Assembly (NCBI GenBank): GCA_017654855.1
Contig: CM030337.1
Span: 1,984,001-2,048,000 of the forward strand
DNA from: Podospora anserina
Lineage: Eukaryota
Length of the DNA: 64,000 nt
Direction of reading: 5' to 3'
The first letter of the stretch is position 1. Each line of letters opens with the position of its first letter. The notes below the pieces were generated by a model. It searched no databases. It saw only the letters and a list, made by a program, of their open reading frames with translations, and was not told the origin of the DNA. Of the stretch, positions 11,700-24,199 are shown one piece after another. The position numbers were made by a program, and so were the translations under genes.

Positions 11700-13419
11700 T
11701 TACCCATCCAACTCAGCCAACTCCCTCTCCTTCTGCTTCAACATCTCCCTCATCCTCTCCGCCTCCAAAGCCAACACAGCCCTCCTCTCCGCCTTCTTCT
11801 GCTCCGCATCGCTCGCTCCCATCAAACTCCCCGGACTAGGCAGCCTATCCTGCCTTGCCCCCCCTTCCTCCCCCTCCCCCCTCCCCATCATCGTCGGGTT
11901 CAAAATACTCTTGATCGAACTTAACCTCTTCGTCTGCTCCCCACTCTCCCCCTCCGGATCCGTTGCCGAAAACGACCTCTTCCTCGACGGTGACAAGAAA
12001 CTCGCCGGTGACAACGACGTCTGCCGATCCCCACCCATATTCATCAACATAATCGGCGCCAACCTGTTCTCATTGTTGAGCGATTCCGGCTTCGACTGCG
12101 ATTGCTGACTGGGCTGGGAGGAGTGGTACTGTGCCAAGTCGCTAGATGGTAACGGGGAGGTTTGCCTATTTTGCATGAGGACATCCTCCGGGACTAGTTT
12201 CAACGAGGATTCCTGCTGTTGCGATTGTGATTGCTGCTGTTGCTGTTGCTTATTGCCAAAGCCCAGATTGACAGACCCGTCGGCGTTCATCGTGCCACGC
12301 TCTTTTGGCGCCTCTGGTGATGGCGACTGCGAGTAGGGGCGGTCGAGGGTGGCACTCTCCATTTCTGGGCTGCCACCGGCGGCGGGGATGACTCTTTTCC
12401 TACGCTTGATGACGGATTTCTTCATCGTGACTGGGCGGTGGACGCCATGGAGTTTGTAGTAGAGACCTTTCAGAGGGTCAGCATTGGTGTATTCAAACAT
12501 CGTCAGCGCTCAACACCTACCACAAGCATTGCAAATCGTATGCCCAGCCTCATCCCTCCGCCAAAGAGGAGTGATCGTAGTCCCGCAATTCTGGCACGCA
12601 ATCACAACAGTCGTGTTCTGACTCTGGATATGAAGCGCGCCGATATCAATGGGAGTTGGCCCGTCGCCGTCGCTCGGAGTCGACGCTTTCGTCGCAGCTG
12701 CTCCACCGCTACCACATCTCAAGACGCCGCTCTTTGACAGCCTGTTGTTGTACGCCGGGCAACCACCGCACCCTTCAGCACCGCCAGTGCCATTGCATTT
12801 TCCACCACCAGGACAGGTGCCACTCGAAACTTGATCCGCGTTGACATATGTCGCTGCCGGGCTAGGAGCGAGCGCAACCTGAGCTTTCGGAGAGAGCTTG
12901 GCCGAAGGCTGACGAGTGCTAGGGATAACGTTTGGGGGACGCTTCAGATTAACCGGTCGGTGCGTGTTTCGAGCCTTGAGATACAATCCACACGCATTGC
13001 AAATCGTGGCCCCCTGTGGTGATCTTCTCCAAAGAGGGGTTTGTGTTGTGCCGCAGTTACTACAAAATTGTCAGACAAAGTCCTGGCCGAGCAACGTGGA
13101 GTTTTCCTCACCTGCAAACCTGGCCGGCATGACCTTGAGTAGAGCTAGCAACACTCTGACTTGAAGGACTGTGGGCAATCGACTGAGGACTCGGCGGGTT
13201 GGGAGTAAAAGCAGTCGCCCGAGATAATAGTGGCGAGTCTTGAGGTCGCGATGTTTCATCTGGTTGCCCATTTGACTCCATTTTTGAACGGTCCGAATTA
13301 CTCGCAGCTGCTTTGGAAGTGACAGGTCTTGTTGGCAGGGCAGTTCGTCGAGGAGCTTGCGCCGTTTCTGTCGGTGGCGGAGATTGTGGAACCGGAGACG
13401 CTTCTGACAACGCCATCAT
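11700..13419 (-). CDS. sre: GATA-type iron-responsive repressor SRE/SreA; introns 13060-13111 and 12467-12520
   Basis: Two GATA fingers (CSNCGTTQTPLWRR...CNACGLY and [33 protein letters not shown]) flank the Cys-rich segment CPGGGKCNGTGGAEGCGGCPAYNN, with a C-terminal coiled coil. This is the Urbs1/SreA/Fep1 architecture. Confidence 0.95.
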
Positions 13420-13993
13420 CGTAAGTCACAGGCGAAGGGATACGCTCTGTTATAATACGGCAAGGTGAAGAGTTCGGTGTTGGGAGCGAAAATATGCCCC
13501 AACATATGACGGAAATGGCCGTGGGCTAGTGTCGAGCCGTCCAGCGAGCGAGGCTGAAATCTCAACCTAATCGAACGAAAGATCGGTCTTTTGTCTATAT
13601 AGAAAACGAGCGGTGCTAGCAGCCAGTCTAAGGGGAGTGAGATTGCCCTGTTTGACTGATTGATAAGAGCTGCTGCTGTCGTGGATGGGACAAGGCCAGC
13701 ACGCCACTATGGATTCGAATCCGAAGGAACCGTTGGAGGGGCGACTTATTGCTGGAGCAGGTGATAATGGTGGAGAGTGACACCACTGGGCGATTGGGTA
13801 ATTGGTCTGGTGTGGTGGGATGATGTTGTCTACCAAGGTCGACAAGATGGGAGAGAGAAGATGGTGAGCAGGTTCGGAGCAAAGAGTATTTTGTTAGATG
13901 AAGGGGCATGGGGGGGGGGGGATAGGGGGAGCCCCCAAGTGCAAATGATCAACTGCGTGGGATGCCTACTCCACCGCTCCACCAAGGCCGTGG

Positions 13994-14002
13994 TTATCTG
14001 AT
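13994..14002 (-). promoter_or_regulatory. ATCWGATAA (SRE/SreA-type GATA box) upstream of sre
   Basis: Plus strand TTATCTGAT equals ATCAGATAA on the minus strand. Function is inferred only. Confidence 0.45.
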
Positions 14003-14941
14003 CTAGGCCGAGCGAAGAAGGGTCCGGGGATCTGATACCGATCTGTCTTCTAGGCCTGGACTATTGATTTTCTGGACCCGAAAGACCCAAGGATGCTACG
14101 CCGTATTCAACTGACGGGGGACGGGATGGGGACAAGACAGGACTACAGGACCTCACAAATCCGTCCCGGGCTCGTCTTGGTGATCTCTGGAGATGTGGTG
14201 ATGGACAGCTCGGATTTGCAGCGGTTTGGGCAGCTAAAATCTAGAGAGGCAAACCTCCGTGGTTGGGGCTGTTCCCGAGAGAAAAGGAAGGACCGGCTGG
14301 GTTTCGAAGCCCGTCCCGGAAGATTGGGTCCACTTGGAAGCGCGTCTAGCGAATCAGGGGGCTGTCAATGTCAGCAGACAAGGTCTTAGTGGTCTTGACC
14401 GGGGTGTCCTGGGACTTCCCAGCAGCGTCCGTCATTACGTAGGCAGCGCGGGCTGCGAGCGTGAATCCTGCATTATGTATTAGAAAGCGGTGAGAGAAAA
14501 CGGTGGGCCCCAATGCAACATTCTTGCTACGATATGTTCTTGATATGCAGCAAGAACTGATTTTTTTTTTCATCTCAGCGAAAAGCTTGCGCCTCTGTGC
14601 GACCAAGGGTGTCGCGGTCGGCTGCCCATCTCCGCCGCATCAGGAGGTTGGCCTTGGCGCTGCCGTGATCTGCGCATTGCCAGGACACCCAAAACTCCAC
14701 CTCCGAATCAGATTGGCTCCTCGTCGACAAGATTGCAGCGACACCATACCCGATATGCCGTGTGACCTGACAAGGACCCGGACCGCCTTGTGCACTCCCT
14801 CTTTGTAACAAAGTGGACATATCTCGCGATCATGTGGACATAACGATATCATATAGTTAGTGCGCGGGGGAAGAGAGAGAAAGATACGGAGTCGCTTGTT
14901 GTTGGGCAGAACGGCTGCTACAACCGAATGATGCGATTTGA

Positions 14942-14950
14942 TTATCAGAT
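14942..14950 (-). promoter_or_regulatory. Second ATCWGATAA box upstream of sre
   Basis: Plus strand TTATCAGAT equals ATCTGATAA on the minus strand. Function is inferred only. Confidence 0.45.
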
Positions 14951-16144
14951 CATCAAGACAACGGCGGCGAGCGATTGCTATCCGAATCTTCGATAACCAA
15001 CTTCGGCTTCCCCAGACGAAACTGGGCCCGAAGGTGCCAAATCCGGTTTGGCCTGCTGGCGCCGTCTTCCCATTCGCCCCGTTTTCGGCGCGACTGGTTG
15101 CCTTAGCATTGCCTTGGTATCTCGGCCTCGTCGGCTGATCATCCTATTTGACAACCCAGATGCCGCCAAGCATTTTTATCAATTCCATCAACGAAAGTTG
15201 CCCCCAACATCACTATCACCCAAGATTATGATGTTCGAATCAGCTTACAAGCCACAGCACAAGAAGCGGGTCCGAGGTTTACTTTTTTGCGTGGTTTTTT
15301 TCATCAATGGCTTCATGTGTTTTTTTTTTCCCTCAATGTCGTTTCGGTTGAATAAAATACTCCTCAACTCCGCTCCTCATCCGGACCTTTGAGAGAGAAA
15401 AACACAGCCCCCCAAAAATTCTAGAACAGGGCTCCGCTGTCGTCTGCCGGCTCTTCGTTACAGCCAACTCCACCGAAGAGAGGTCCGAATCCGGGGTACA
15501 GGATAATCAAGATCCATTTGATTGGTCTCGTCCTACAAGAAAAGATCTTAGCGGCATGGTGGAATACCATGTCGATCCACTGCGGCATCGGAATTGCAAA
15601 TCCAAACCACCAGATATCGGCGCTGCAAATCTGGCATATTCTCTTACACCCTCTTCTGCAAAGCCCCCGTCTCTAAGTGGTAGATATTTCCCGGAGATGT
15701 AGATTCCGTGAATCCACACAATCGGTAATTTTCTCAATGGGCTAGATGTTTAGCCCGTTGAGCAGAACTAGCAACATCCTAGCAAAGCACAACCACATGT
15801 TTGGTGTAGTAGAGCTTCGAATGACGGCAACTCTTTAGAGAACAAGTGTTTGCCTCGGTTATGATAGTGAAATTAAAAACAAATTAATTACCCAGTCCTG
15901 CTAACACATGGCTGATGATACAATGATGAATATCAACTCCTCCCAGGGTATATATATACTACACAACAAGATCAAAGATGCGAAGACAAAGGCAACAAAT
16001 CAGAAGAAAAAAAACATGAGAAAAGAAAAGAAAAATCATCAGCAATAACCTCATGAACGCTATGTCCCTTCCATGACCATGAACTCATCATCAAGTCATA
16101 ATAACCCCCCAAATCCAGTATTCGCAATCAACCACCAAAGCAGT

Positions 16145-17478
16145 CTACAAGTCTGGATCATCAGACTCGGATAGCTCCGCCATCACTCCCTCGACATTCA
16201 GCAGATCAATCATCGCTTCCCTCGCCAAGTGAACAGGAATCGCAATGGACAGCGCATTCCAAAGCCACTGCCCCCGATCATTCATCGGGACCTGATGCAG
16301 AATGACAATCGGGTTCTTTGACGACGACGGATCAAAGCTGCTCAGCATGACCATGTGCTGAATGACAGAAAACTGGTAAAGCGTCGGTGGCTTGGAGACA
16401 AATCTGTTGCCCCTCGCAAGAACCTCGCGCCATCGTTTCCCCAGAGCTCTCAACCTCCTCTCGATGCTGCGAGACATGGCATCTTCAATCTCTCTGTCGT
16501 AGCTGCTCCCCTCTTCGTCGCTATCATAGGCAAAAGAATCGTGATCAACCCCCATAGAGTTGTCTCGAGAAATGGGCATGTTGAGTAGCCGCGCAGTGTA
16601 GTCGTGCACCAGAACAATTGAGAGTTCCTTGCGGGGAGTCATGCTGGCATCCTGCATCGACCATTTAATGTAACTCTTGATAGCCTTGACAATAAGACCG
16701 GACGCCTTGTCCTGGAGGCCGAGCTCCTCGTAGTCGGTGACGTGCTGGGAGAGGTAAAAGAGGTTCTCGAGTGCCTTGCCAGCTGTATTTCATGTTAGGC
16801 ACTGTTATTATGGCAACCAAAAGGAGGTAGGGTATGTTACTTACCTGCGTGAATGCCCTTGTAGGCATGAATCACCACACGCTTCTCGCAATCCGAAGGA
16901 GTGAAAACATCGTCAAGATGAGGCTGATTGATGCCCCACATCTTGAAGCAGATTTTCCAGTTGGATGGAATCATGGGATGCAACCCACGCAGATAGATGA
17001 GCTTGTGGACCTTCTTTTGATCTTCGTTCCAGTCATCGTAGCCTTCCAACCGACTGACGCCTTCCTCATAATCGCCAATGATCTGAGAAATGGTGCCATA
17101 GTCATCCCAGTCGCTGTTTGTGTCGTAGCCATCTTCATGGATCTCCAGAGGCTCATCCTCCTGGATCATAGCCAGTCTGGAGGTTGGGCTGTATTGACCA
17201 AAGGATGGTTGTCGGTGCTTGGGGTAACCACCGCGTAGATGGTGACGAGACTCGGGGGTTCGTGGGTCAGAACTGGGTGGTGTAGAACCTTCCGAGTCGG
17301 TCATATCGACATCGCCATCGTCGTCTCGTTCAATGCTTTGCTTGATATCCTCCTCAATGCACTCTTGAAGACGGGAGTCTTCCTCATATCTGTCGCCATA
17401 TTCGGATGTGGGTGGTGGGCTCAGGGGCAGAGGTGGGGAGGACTTGACTGACTCAACCCACGACCCCACGCTTGCCAT
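16145..17478 (-). CDS. Hypothetical protein of about 423 aa; intron 16783-16844
   Basis: ORFs 16837-17526 and 16145-16657 join in frame across GTAAG...CAG. Acidic N-terminus, then globular-looking sequence (LIYLRGLHPMIPSNWK, GQWLWNALSIAIPVHLARE) ending DDPDL. Start codon uncertain. Confidence 0.75.
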
Positions 17479-18763
17479 GAGCTTTGGCAGCGATGAGAGC
17501 GCACCGGAGGGCCCCATCGCGACCACTGCGACTTTTCGAGGCCGAAATATCTCGGAATAGTGTCAAATGATTGAGATATCAAAGGGCCTGTCGTGTATTT
17601 CCTCGAATTCCGTGATGGAGGGAAGGTTCTGAAATGGTGGCGGGCACAATTGACGATGGTTTTGGTGGCTTGAGTTTGTGTTGGTTGCGACTTGTAAAGC
17701 TTGAATTCTTTCTGGAAGCTCGACAATCAATGTCTTTGTGGAAAGCGCGGGAGAGAATGGAGGAGAAGTGGGCTGCAAATGGGGAGCAACGTGGGAACAA
17801 CAGATCAAGTGAATGGCCTTTTCCGTCCCAAAAGTGAGGCTGCTCCCATAACGAGCGGGAAACAATGGACAATGTGATGGTTTGTGTCTAGGTGTGCAAG
17901 GCAACTTCCGGAAGCAGATGAGTAGCAGCCACCTTCCCAATTGCAAGAACCGAGCTTCAGTTGGGCCCCTCCGGAACGTTATATCGGTAAACCGAATTCC
18001 TCCGGCGGATGACCAAGATGATTTTCATCTCAGCTGCATTCGGCGGCTCATGTGTGCAAATCATGTAGCCCGTCGTGGCCCAACGCCAGAAGTGACTGAC
18101 AGGCTGGCGCAAGGCCATGTGGAAGCACGAATTGGGATTCAATTCTTCAAGGGAACAGGCAATTGTGCCCCTGATTCGTACCTGTCTTGCCTCAGTAAGC
18201 CATCACTTACATCATCACACTTCCCCAACGACATAAGGCAGCCAGCGAAAAGGATGCCCAATCTGCTAATAAACAGCAGCTGGCCGAGTGGCTCAGAGGA
18301 TTGAATTTAGAGAGGCCAACGTGGGGGTTGAAGTTGCGGTTCAAGGTAAGGACGGGACATCTGGTGCAGGTGGTTGAACTCCAGCAGTAGTCCACCATTC
18401 ATACTGGCAGTTTGTCTTGAAACACACTCTCTCATATACATGGTCATGGAGGCAAACATGAGTTGACGTTGGAAACACATGTCGAACAGCGGATAGCTCC
18501 ATCAATTGTATAAGTCAAGGTGGGGGTACCTGGCAATGACCAGGTGCAGGGGTGAACAGCTTCCCAAATTCCCACCTTCCAAGCCAAATGCCGACCCTCA
18601 GAAGTGGCCCGTGCGCCCCTTCCACTTCACGCTAGCAATCCCTGTTCCTGTTTTCGCGTCGGGCGACTTTTTGATGCTCTGCAACTTTTTGTCTGGAAGT
18701 ACCGAACGGTATGCGAATACATGCAACACTCGACTAGTTGCCAACGCCCATCCAACCCCAACA

Positions 18764-20713
18764 ATGGCGACCGAATTCGAGAAAATGACCGTTACGCAGC
18801 TGCGGGCAGAGCTGAAGCGCCGCAAGCTTGCCACTACCGGTCTGAAGGCTGCGCTTGTTGCCCGTTTGGTGGACGATGAGGAAGGGCAAACTGCAGCGGC
18901 CGACCAAACAGCACAGGACGAAAGCCCCGCCGACGAGCCGGAACCTGTTCAAGATGCGAATCCAGAAGCGGGGTCAGAGAAACACGATGATGTCGCTATG
19001 GACGATGCGCCGGTAGCAGCTCCAGAGAAAGCCACTTCGCCAGCTCCCGCCTCGCCTTCCCCGGCTGTCAAAAACGAAGAGACTGTCACCACTCAACCTG
19101 ATTCTGCCATCGAGCCTGAAATTACAACCCTACAAGACTCTAACCCTCCCCCCGAAGAACCTGCCGAGGTCGAGCCCGTCACTATTACCGAGATTGTTCA
19201 AGATACAGTTAGCCGAAAACGTCGGTCTAGAAGCCCTCCCCCGTCTGGTGAGGAATCATCTAGCAAGCGAGCTCGACAAGACGACTGGGAAGAGAAGGCC
19301 GAGTTGGAGGAGTCGAGGAAGGAGCCAGCCTCACCGGCCGACAAGCACCTCGGCGAAATTACTCCCTTCGAAGTTGTGCCCCCGAGGAGCCCCGAAACTC
19401 GACTTCATGACGAGTCACCGCCTCACAAACGTCACGAGCGAGCTTGGGGTCAAAGGCTGGAGGGCAACCAACCCAGATACCAAGAGCAAAATATGGATAT
19501 CGACGAGCCTATGGACGAATTTGGTCGAGTTGAGCGGTCTAGGCACCCTGCCACGTCTGCGCTCTACGTCAAGAATTTTATGAGACCCTTGAGGGAGGCA
19601 TCAGTGCGCGAGTATTTTGTCCACCTTGCCGCTTTCCCAGGCGCGCCCGTCGATGACAGCTGCATTATCGACTTCCACGTAGATCAAATGCGTACTCACG
19701 CTCTTGTTAAGTTCGACAGCGTTTCGGCAGCCTCGCGGGTCCGCACAGCGTTACATGGGAAGGTCTGGCCAAATGAGAGCACCAGGAAGGAACTTTGGGT
19801 TGATTTCATTCCCTCCGAGAAAGTCGCAGAGTGGATTGACCTCGAGCGCCAGCATGGTCGTCAGACACGCTGGGAAGTCATCTTCGAGGACGACCCAGAC
19901 ACCCAGGAAGTCGTCGTGGCCTCTCTGGTGCAGTGTGATGGGGCCAGTTCAGGAAACAACAACTCGGGCAACAGACCTGCCCGGCAACCACTTCCGCCCC
20001 CGGTTGTTCCCACCGGACCCGGACGGAGATTTGCTGAACTTCAAGGCCAAGGATTCCCTGCTGGTCCCCGCGTCCGCGGCAGAGGTCAAGCTAAGCACGA
20101 CCTCGAGAACTTTGAAAAAACGAAGAGAACTTCTACAGGCCCGCCGCTGTACTACCAGCCCGTGTCGGAAGAGTTGGCCCAGCGACGTCTCGACAATATG
20201 CAGTCCTACTACACCAAGGACCGCTACCGCGACATGGGCCGCGAGGACGAAATCAACCGGTACACTTTTGAGAGCGGAAGCCAGTTTGTGGATCGTGGAA
20301 AGGAGGTCTTTGTAGGTATTCGGCACCCTATTCGCGAAGCCAGGAAGCGTCGCGAGCGTAACGAGCTCCGACGTGGGCGTGGGCGTCGCACACCTTCTCC
20401 TCCTCCTTTCAGGCGCCAAGATGATAGGGCGTATCGGGTGCGTGATGACCGTGCTGGTGGTGGTAATTGGAGTCGGGATCGGTTTGAGGCCTTGGATAGG
20501 GAGGATGATCGGATTGGTGATGATGATGCCGGCCCCAAGATTCAGCCGGATCGCCGCCTTAGCATGGAGAGAACGGATAGAAACGATGACCGCCGCTGGG
20601 AGAGGGGGGATGATGTGCCCAGGTCGAGATTTGATGGTGCACCGTTGCCGACGTATACTGGGCCGCCGAGGAACCACCGTCGCCGGGGTGGTGGTGGTCG
20701 GAACAGGCGCTAA
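18764..20713 (+). CDS. SAP-domain RNA-processing protein, Acinus-like (SAP + RRM + RSB-like motif + Arg/Asp-rich tail)
   Basis: SAP motif MTVTQLRAELKRRKLATTGLKAALVARL, RRM ALYVKNFMRPL...RTHALVKF...LHGKVWP...LWVDF, and RSB-like KRTSTGPPLYYQPVS. Confidence 0.8.
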   Translation: MATEFEKMTVTQLRAELKRRKLATTGLKAALVARLVDDEEGQTAAADQTAQDESPADEPEPVQDANPEAGSEKHDDVAMDDAPVAAPEKATSPAPASPSPAVKNEETVTTQPDSAIEPEITTLQDSNPPPEEPAEVEPVTITEIVQDTVSRKRRSRSPPPSGEESSSKRARQDDWEEKAELEESRKEPASPADKHLGEITPFEVVPPRSPETRLHDESPPHKRHERAWGQRLEGNQPRYQEQNMDIDEPMDEFGRVERSRHPATSALYVKNFMRPLREASVREYFVHLAAFPGAPVDDSCIIDFHVDQMRTHALVKFDSVSAASRVRTALHGKVWPNESTRKELWVDFIPSEKVAEWIDLERQHGRQTRWEVIFEDDPDTQEVVVASLVQCDGASSGNNNSGNRPARQPLPPPVVPTGPGRRFAELQGQGFPAGPRVRGRGQAKHDLENFEKTKRTSTGPPLYYQPVSEELAQRRLDNMQSYYTKDRYRDMGREDEINRYTFESGSQFVDRGKEVFVGIRHPIREARKRRERNELRRGRGRRTPSPPPFRRQDDRAYRVRDDRAGGGNWSRDRFEALDREDDRIGDDDAGPKIQPDRRLSMERTDRNDDRRWERGDDVPRSRFDGAPLPTYTGPPRNHRRRGGGGRNRR

Positions 20714-21579
20714 ATATTTTGAGGAAAGGATAGGGGGGGGGGCATCTGATCTGCACACACTGGCAGAGGTGTTTGATCTATCAAGCCGTTTTTGTCTTTG
20801 TCGTTGTTTGGCAGGACGGCGTTGTAAGACTACATATAGGTGTTGAAGATGGGGCGGCACTGCACTGACGATGGCGAAAATGGAATATAGAGACGAGCGA
20901 TGTCGAGAGAGCTAGCAGCAGCGGTGATTTGGTCATCGAGGGCAGATTATCACGCGCCCGGATCTGCAACGCCAGGATCAAGGTGGGACATTTTTTCTCT
21001 GAGCTTTTGCCCTTTCTATAAAGAAGCTACCTACTTGCTGGGGCTCAAAGAGGAGCACAGTATATAACTCGAGAGCTGAAACAAAAAATGAGTTGGTACA
21101 TTGAGGAAAAGATGGATAAATACTAGCCGTATTCTTCATTAGCTGAGCGGAGGAGATGATGGGATGGGGAGATGAAAAAAGACATGGGGAGGAGAAGCTA
21201 CCAAAAAGCATTGCAGTGTGTGCAGATTAGATACCCGTGTAAACAGACAGATACGTGTAGTCAATATACAAAATGAAAAGTTTTGTAGATATTGTTCCCC
21301 GAGATGATGTGGTGTGATGATTCTAGTTCGGCATAATAACGCCTTTTGATCATCACCGATGATCCCAACCAGTCACCAGCAACGCCTCATTATGATAACA
21401 ATACTTGATATTCCGTACAACCCTATAGCACTATGTATTCACATACACACAACCCCCACTCGAAGCAACGCTCGCCATCCCATTTTTCTTCTCCCAAAAC
21501 CCCTACTCCAACCCAAACTCACCCAACTCCATTTCACCACACTCCTCGCCCTCTGTCCCCCGCGCTGCCACCCCAAAAA

Positions 21580-24071
21580 TCACCACGTATCCTCCCAATA
21601 AACCACCCTCATTCCCAACCACCTCTCCCCCTCCTCCCTATCCCTCACAAGCTTCTCGCCCACCAGCACATCAACAAACGCCTTCCTCACCGCAATCGGC
21701 ATCTTCCCCGCACTCCCACAAACAGCCACCACCGGCCCCCGTCTCATCAACCCCGCCACCTCCTTCGCCCTCTTCCTAATCTCATTCTGCACATACCTCT
21801 TCCCTCTATCCGGATCCATCTCCTCCACAATCCCAAACTCCACATTCTCCTCCTCCCCCGTTTTGATCGGCTTCTCCCATACATTCTCCCCCTTCTTCTT
21901 CTCCTCCTCCTCCTTCTTCTTCTCTGTCGCCGCCGGCTCCTCCTCATCCCTCGAAAAGCAAGGAAACACCGTCAACCCCTTAATATACTCCCACTCCCCC
22001 CCAAAGTGATAATCCCTATCCCTATTCCTCCCCCCATAAAACAGCACCGTCTCCCCCACCTGAGTATCCACCTCGTACTCCAACCTCTCCTGAATCAACG
22101 CCCTAATGGGCGCAATCCCCGTCCCTGTCGCCACAGCAATAAGCGGCCTCTGCACCGCCGTCGGTAACGGCATCATCACATTCTCCCCCCTCGACGGGCT
22201 GATCCTCACCGTCAAGGGCGTGTCCCTTGCAAGATACTTCAAATACCTCGAGCAGAGCCCCTGTCTCGGTTTCCGAATAATGGTCTTGTACTCCACCAGC
22301 GCAGCCAGAATCTCAATTCGAAGGGGAAAAACAGGTAGAGTCCCGTTCGGGGCGTCAGGGTCGTATTGGTTTTCGGTCAAAGAGGCTCCCCCGTTGCAGA
22401 CGGAAAAGTCTCGATGGCGAATAACGGGAAACAAATCGAGGACTCGCTCGACCGGGATTTTCACGCCGGGAAAGTCAGAGAGGAGCTCGAGGATGGTGCG
22501 GCGGGGGCGGGAGGTGTAGTCGTAGAATTCTTGCTCGTTGCCCGGGAGGAGGAATTCCCACAGACGCTCGACTTCGTCTCGGTTCTTGGTGAAGAAGGTC
22601 AGCTCGCGGATAAAGTTCCGTTTCGGGATGGCGGTGATGTCGAGGTTGTCCGTCAGAATGTCGCGGAGGGTGGAGGACTGGCCGTCTACCCTGTCAAAGA
22701 CACGCTTTGGTTTGTTGGACATGTCCAGGGGTTTGTCAGCAACGTCGTTCCAGCCCATGAGGTTGATCAGCTCTTGGACGTCCTCGGGGTAGTTCTTTGG
22801 GTAGATCGACAGTATCGATTGGCCGCGCATGTCGCTGACCTTGCTGATGAGTTTCTCGCCGCCGTAGACGTCAAAGACAATGTGGCGGACGTCTTGCCAG
22901 TGGTCAAAGGGGGTGACTCTGGCGTTGTCAACCACTTTGGCGAATACACCTTGAGGAATTGCCAGTCTGGTTGGTAGAGGAGTTCTCGGACCGACCTTCT
23001 TGGTCGTCTCGAGAGAGTACTTGGATGGGTGGTCTTTGAGGATATTGTTCTTGTCTAGGACGTCGACTGGCGTTCCCGTTCGGACCTCCCAGCTTTGGTC
23101 TTCCCGGGCTTCCCAGGCGGGGAAAGTGGCATCTTGTCGCTGGTTGTGTTCGAACCGACGCTGGGATAGAGGCGCGGGGTTGTCGACATGGGAGTAAAGG
23201 GCGCTTTGGGTGGCGCTTTTGTCTGCTGGAAGGGGCTCCATTGTCGGCATAACCCGTACTGAATACTTTGGTGGAAGAAGCTGGTCGTTGGGAATGGGCG
23301 CTGTTCCTTCGGGAAGTGGGTATTTCTCCAACAAAGCGGCCTTGAACTCTTCTTTCCAGGGAAGGTATATGCTGTCGATGCTGTCGATGGTTGCGGTGTA
23401 TTGTTAGAGATATCGAGTAATCCGTTGAGCTGCCAATAAAGTTGAGATCAAAGTTGCTTACCCGTTGTTGTGGCGCTCGTCTGCCTCGGCAGCCCTAAAG
23501 AACTCTGTTGCCCCAAGCTGCAGCAGCCTCACTTGCAACTTCCGTGCTGCCCAGTTGAACCTTCATTGGCAGTTCTGTTAGCAAGTCATGTCCACGACTG
23601 AATAACAAGGCAAGCAAACTCACTTTCGATAACCGCTGTCACCAAGGCCGAATATCGCAAACTTGACAGGTCCGAGGCAGTTGCTGTTATTAAGTTTCTC
23701 TCGCCTAAGATTTTTCCAGAAATTTAGAGTATTTGTGGGCATGTCACCTTGCCCAGTTGTGGAAGTTACAAAGACCACCAGTGAGACTTTCAAGAGGTCT
23801 GACTGCAAGGTGAGTGGAGAGTCAGTCGGGGTCTTCAAGTGAATAGAGTGTGAAGTTGCTCCCATGGGCATTGACCAACCAGTTTAAAGCTATCCATCTC
23901 ATCCATCCTGGTATGAAAGTGCAGCCTCCGTGCCATGTCCTCGAGCTCTATTGCGATTTCCTCAGCATTTCCTGTCTCTGAGCCGTAAAGGATGGCCATG
24001 CTCCTCCCCGCGATTTCAACGGGCGATGCCAGTTGCGCCATCTTGGCCGGGCTCTCCACTTGTACACTCAT
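21580..24071 (-). CDS. tah18: NADPH-dependent diflavin oxidoreductase Tah18/NDOR1; introns about 23803-23880, 23561-23623, 23381-23461
   Basis: Flavodoxin motifs ILYGSETGNAE, STTGQGDMP, FAIFGLGDSGYRKFNWAARKL; HWQDVRH, YDYTSRPRRTILE, VATGTGIAPIRALI; C-terminal EDTW. Confidence 0.92.
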
Positions 24072-24191
24072 AGTATACCTTTGGATAGTGAGTCCGTCAA
24101 GATGGCCGAGAATGGTGCTGGGTTGAGTGCTAATCTTCGAGTTTATATGTTACTTGTGACTGAGCTTGCCGCCCAAAAAATCGTGAGATGC

Positions 24192-24199
24192 TGAGTCAT
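24192..24199 (-). promoter_or_regulatory. Gcn4/CPC-1 (AP-1-like) site ATGACTCA upstream of tah18
   Basis: Plus strand TGAGTCAT about 120 nt upstream of the tah18 ATG. Confidence 0.3.

Noticed and set aside
15430..15500. GGTCCGAATCC and a short hairpin resembling a tRNA T-arm
   Set aside because: No cloverleaf, acceptor stem or A-box can be built.
18506..18763. 86-codon N-terminal extension of the SAP protein in the ORF track
   Set aside because: Begins at a non-ATG codon and looks non-coding; the SAP motif starts right after ATG 18764, which has good context.
11700..24071. Possible iron-related cluster (sre and tah18)
   Set aside because: Separated by unrelated genes, and I saw no ATCWGATAA box at tah18. 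Proximity is probably coincidental.
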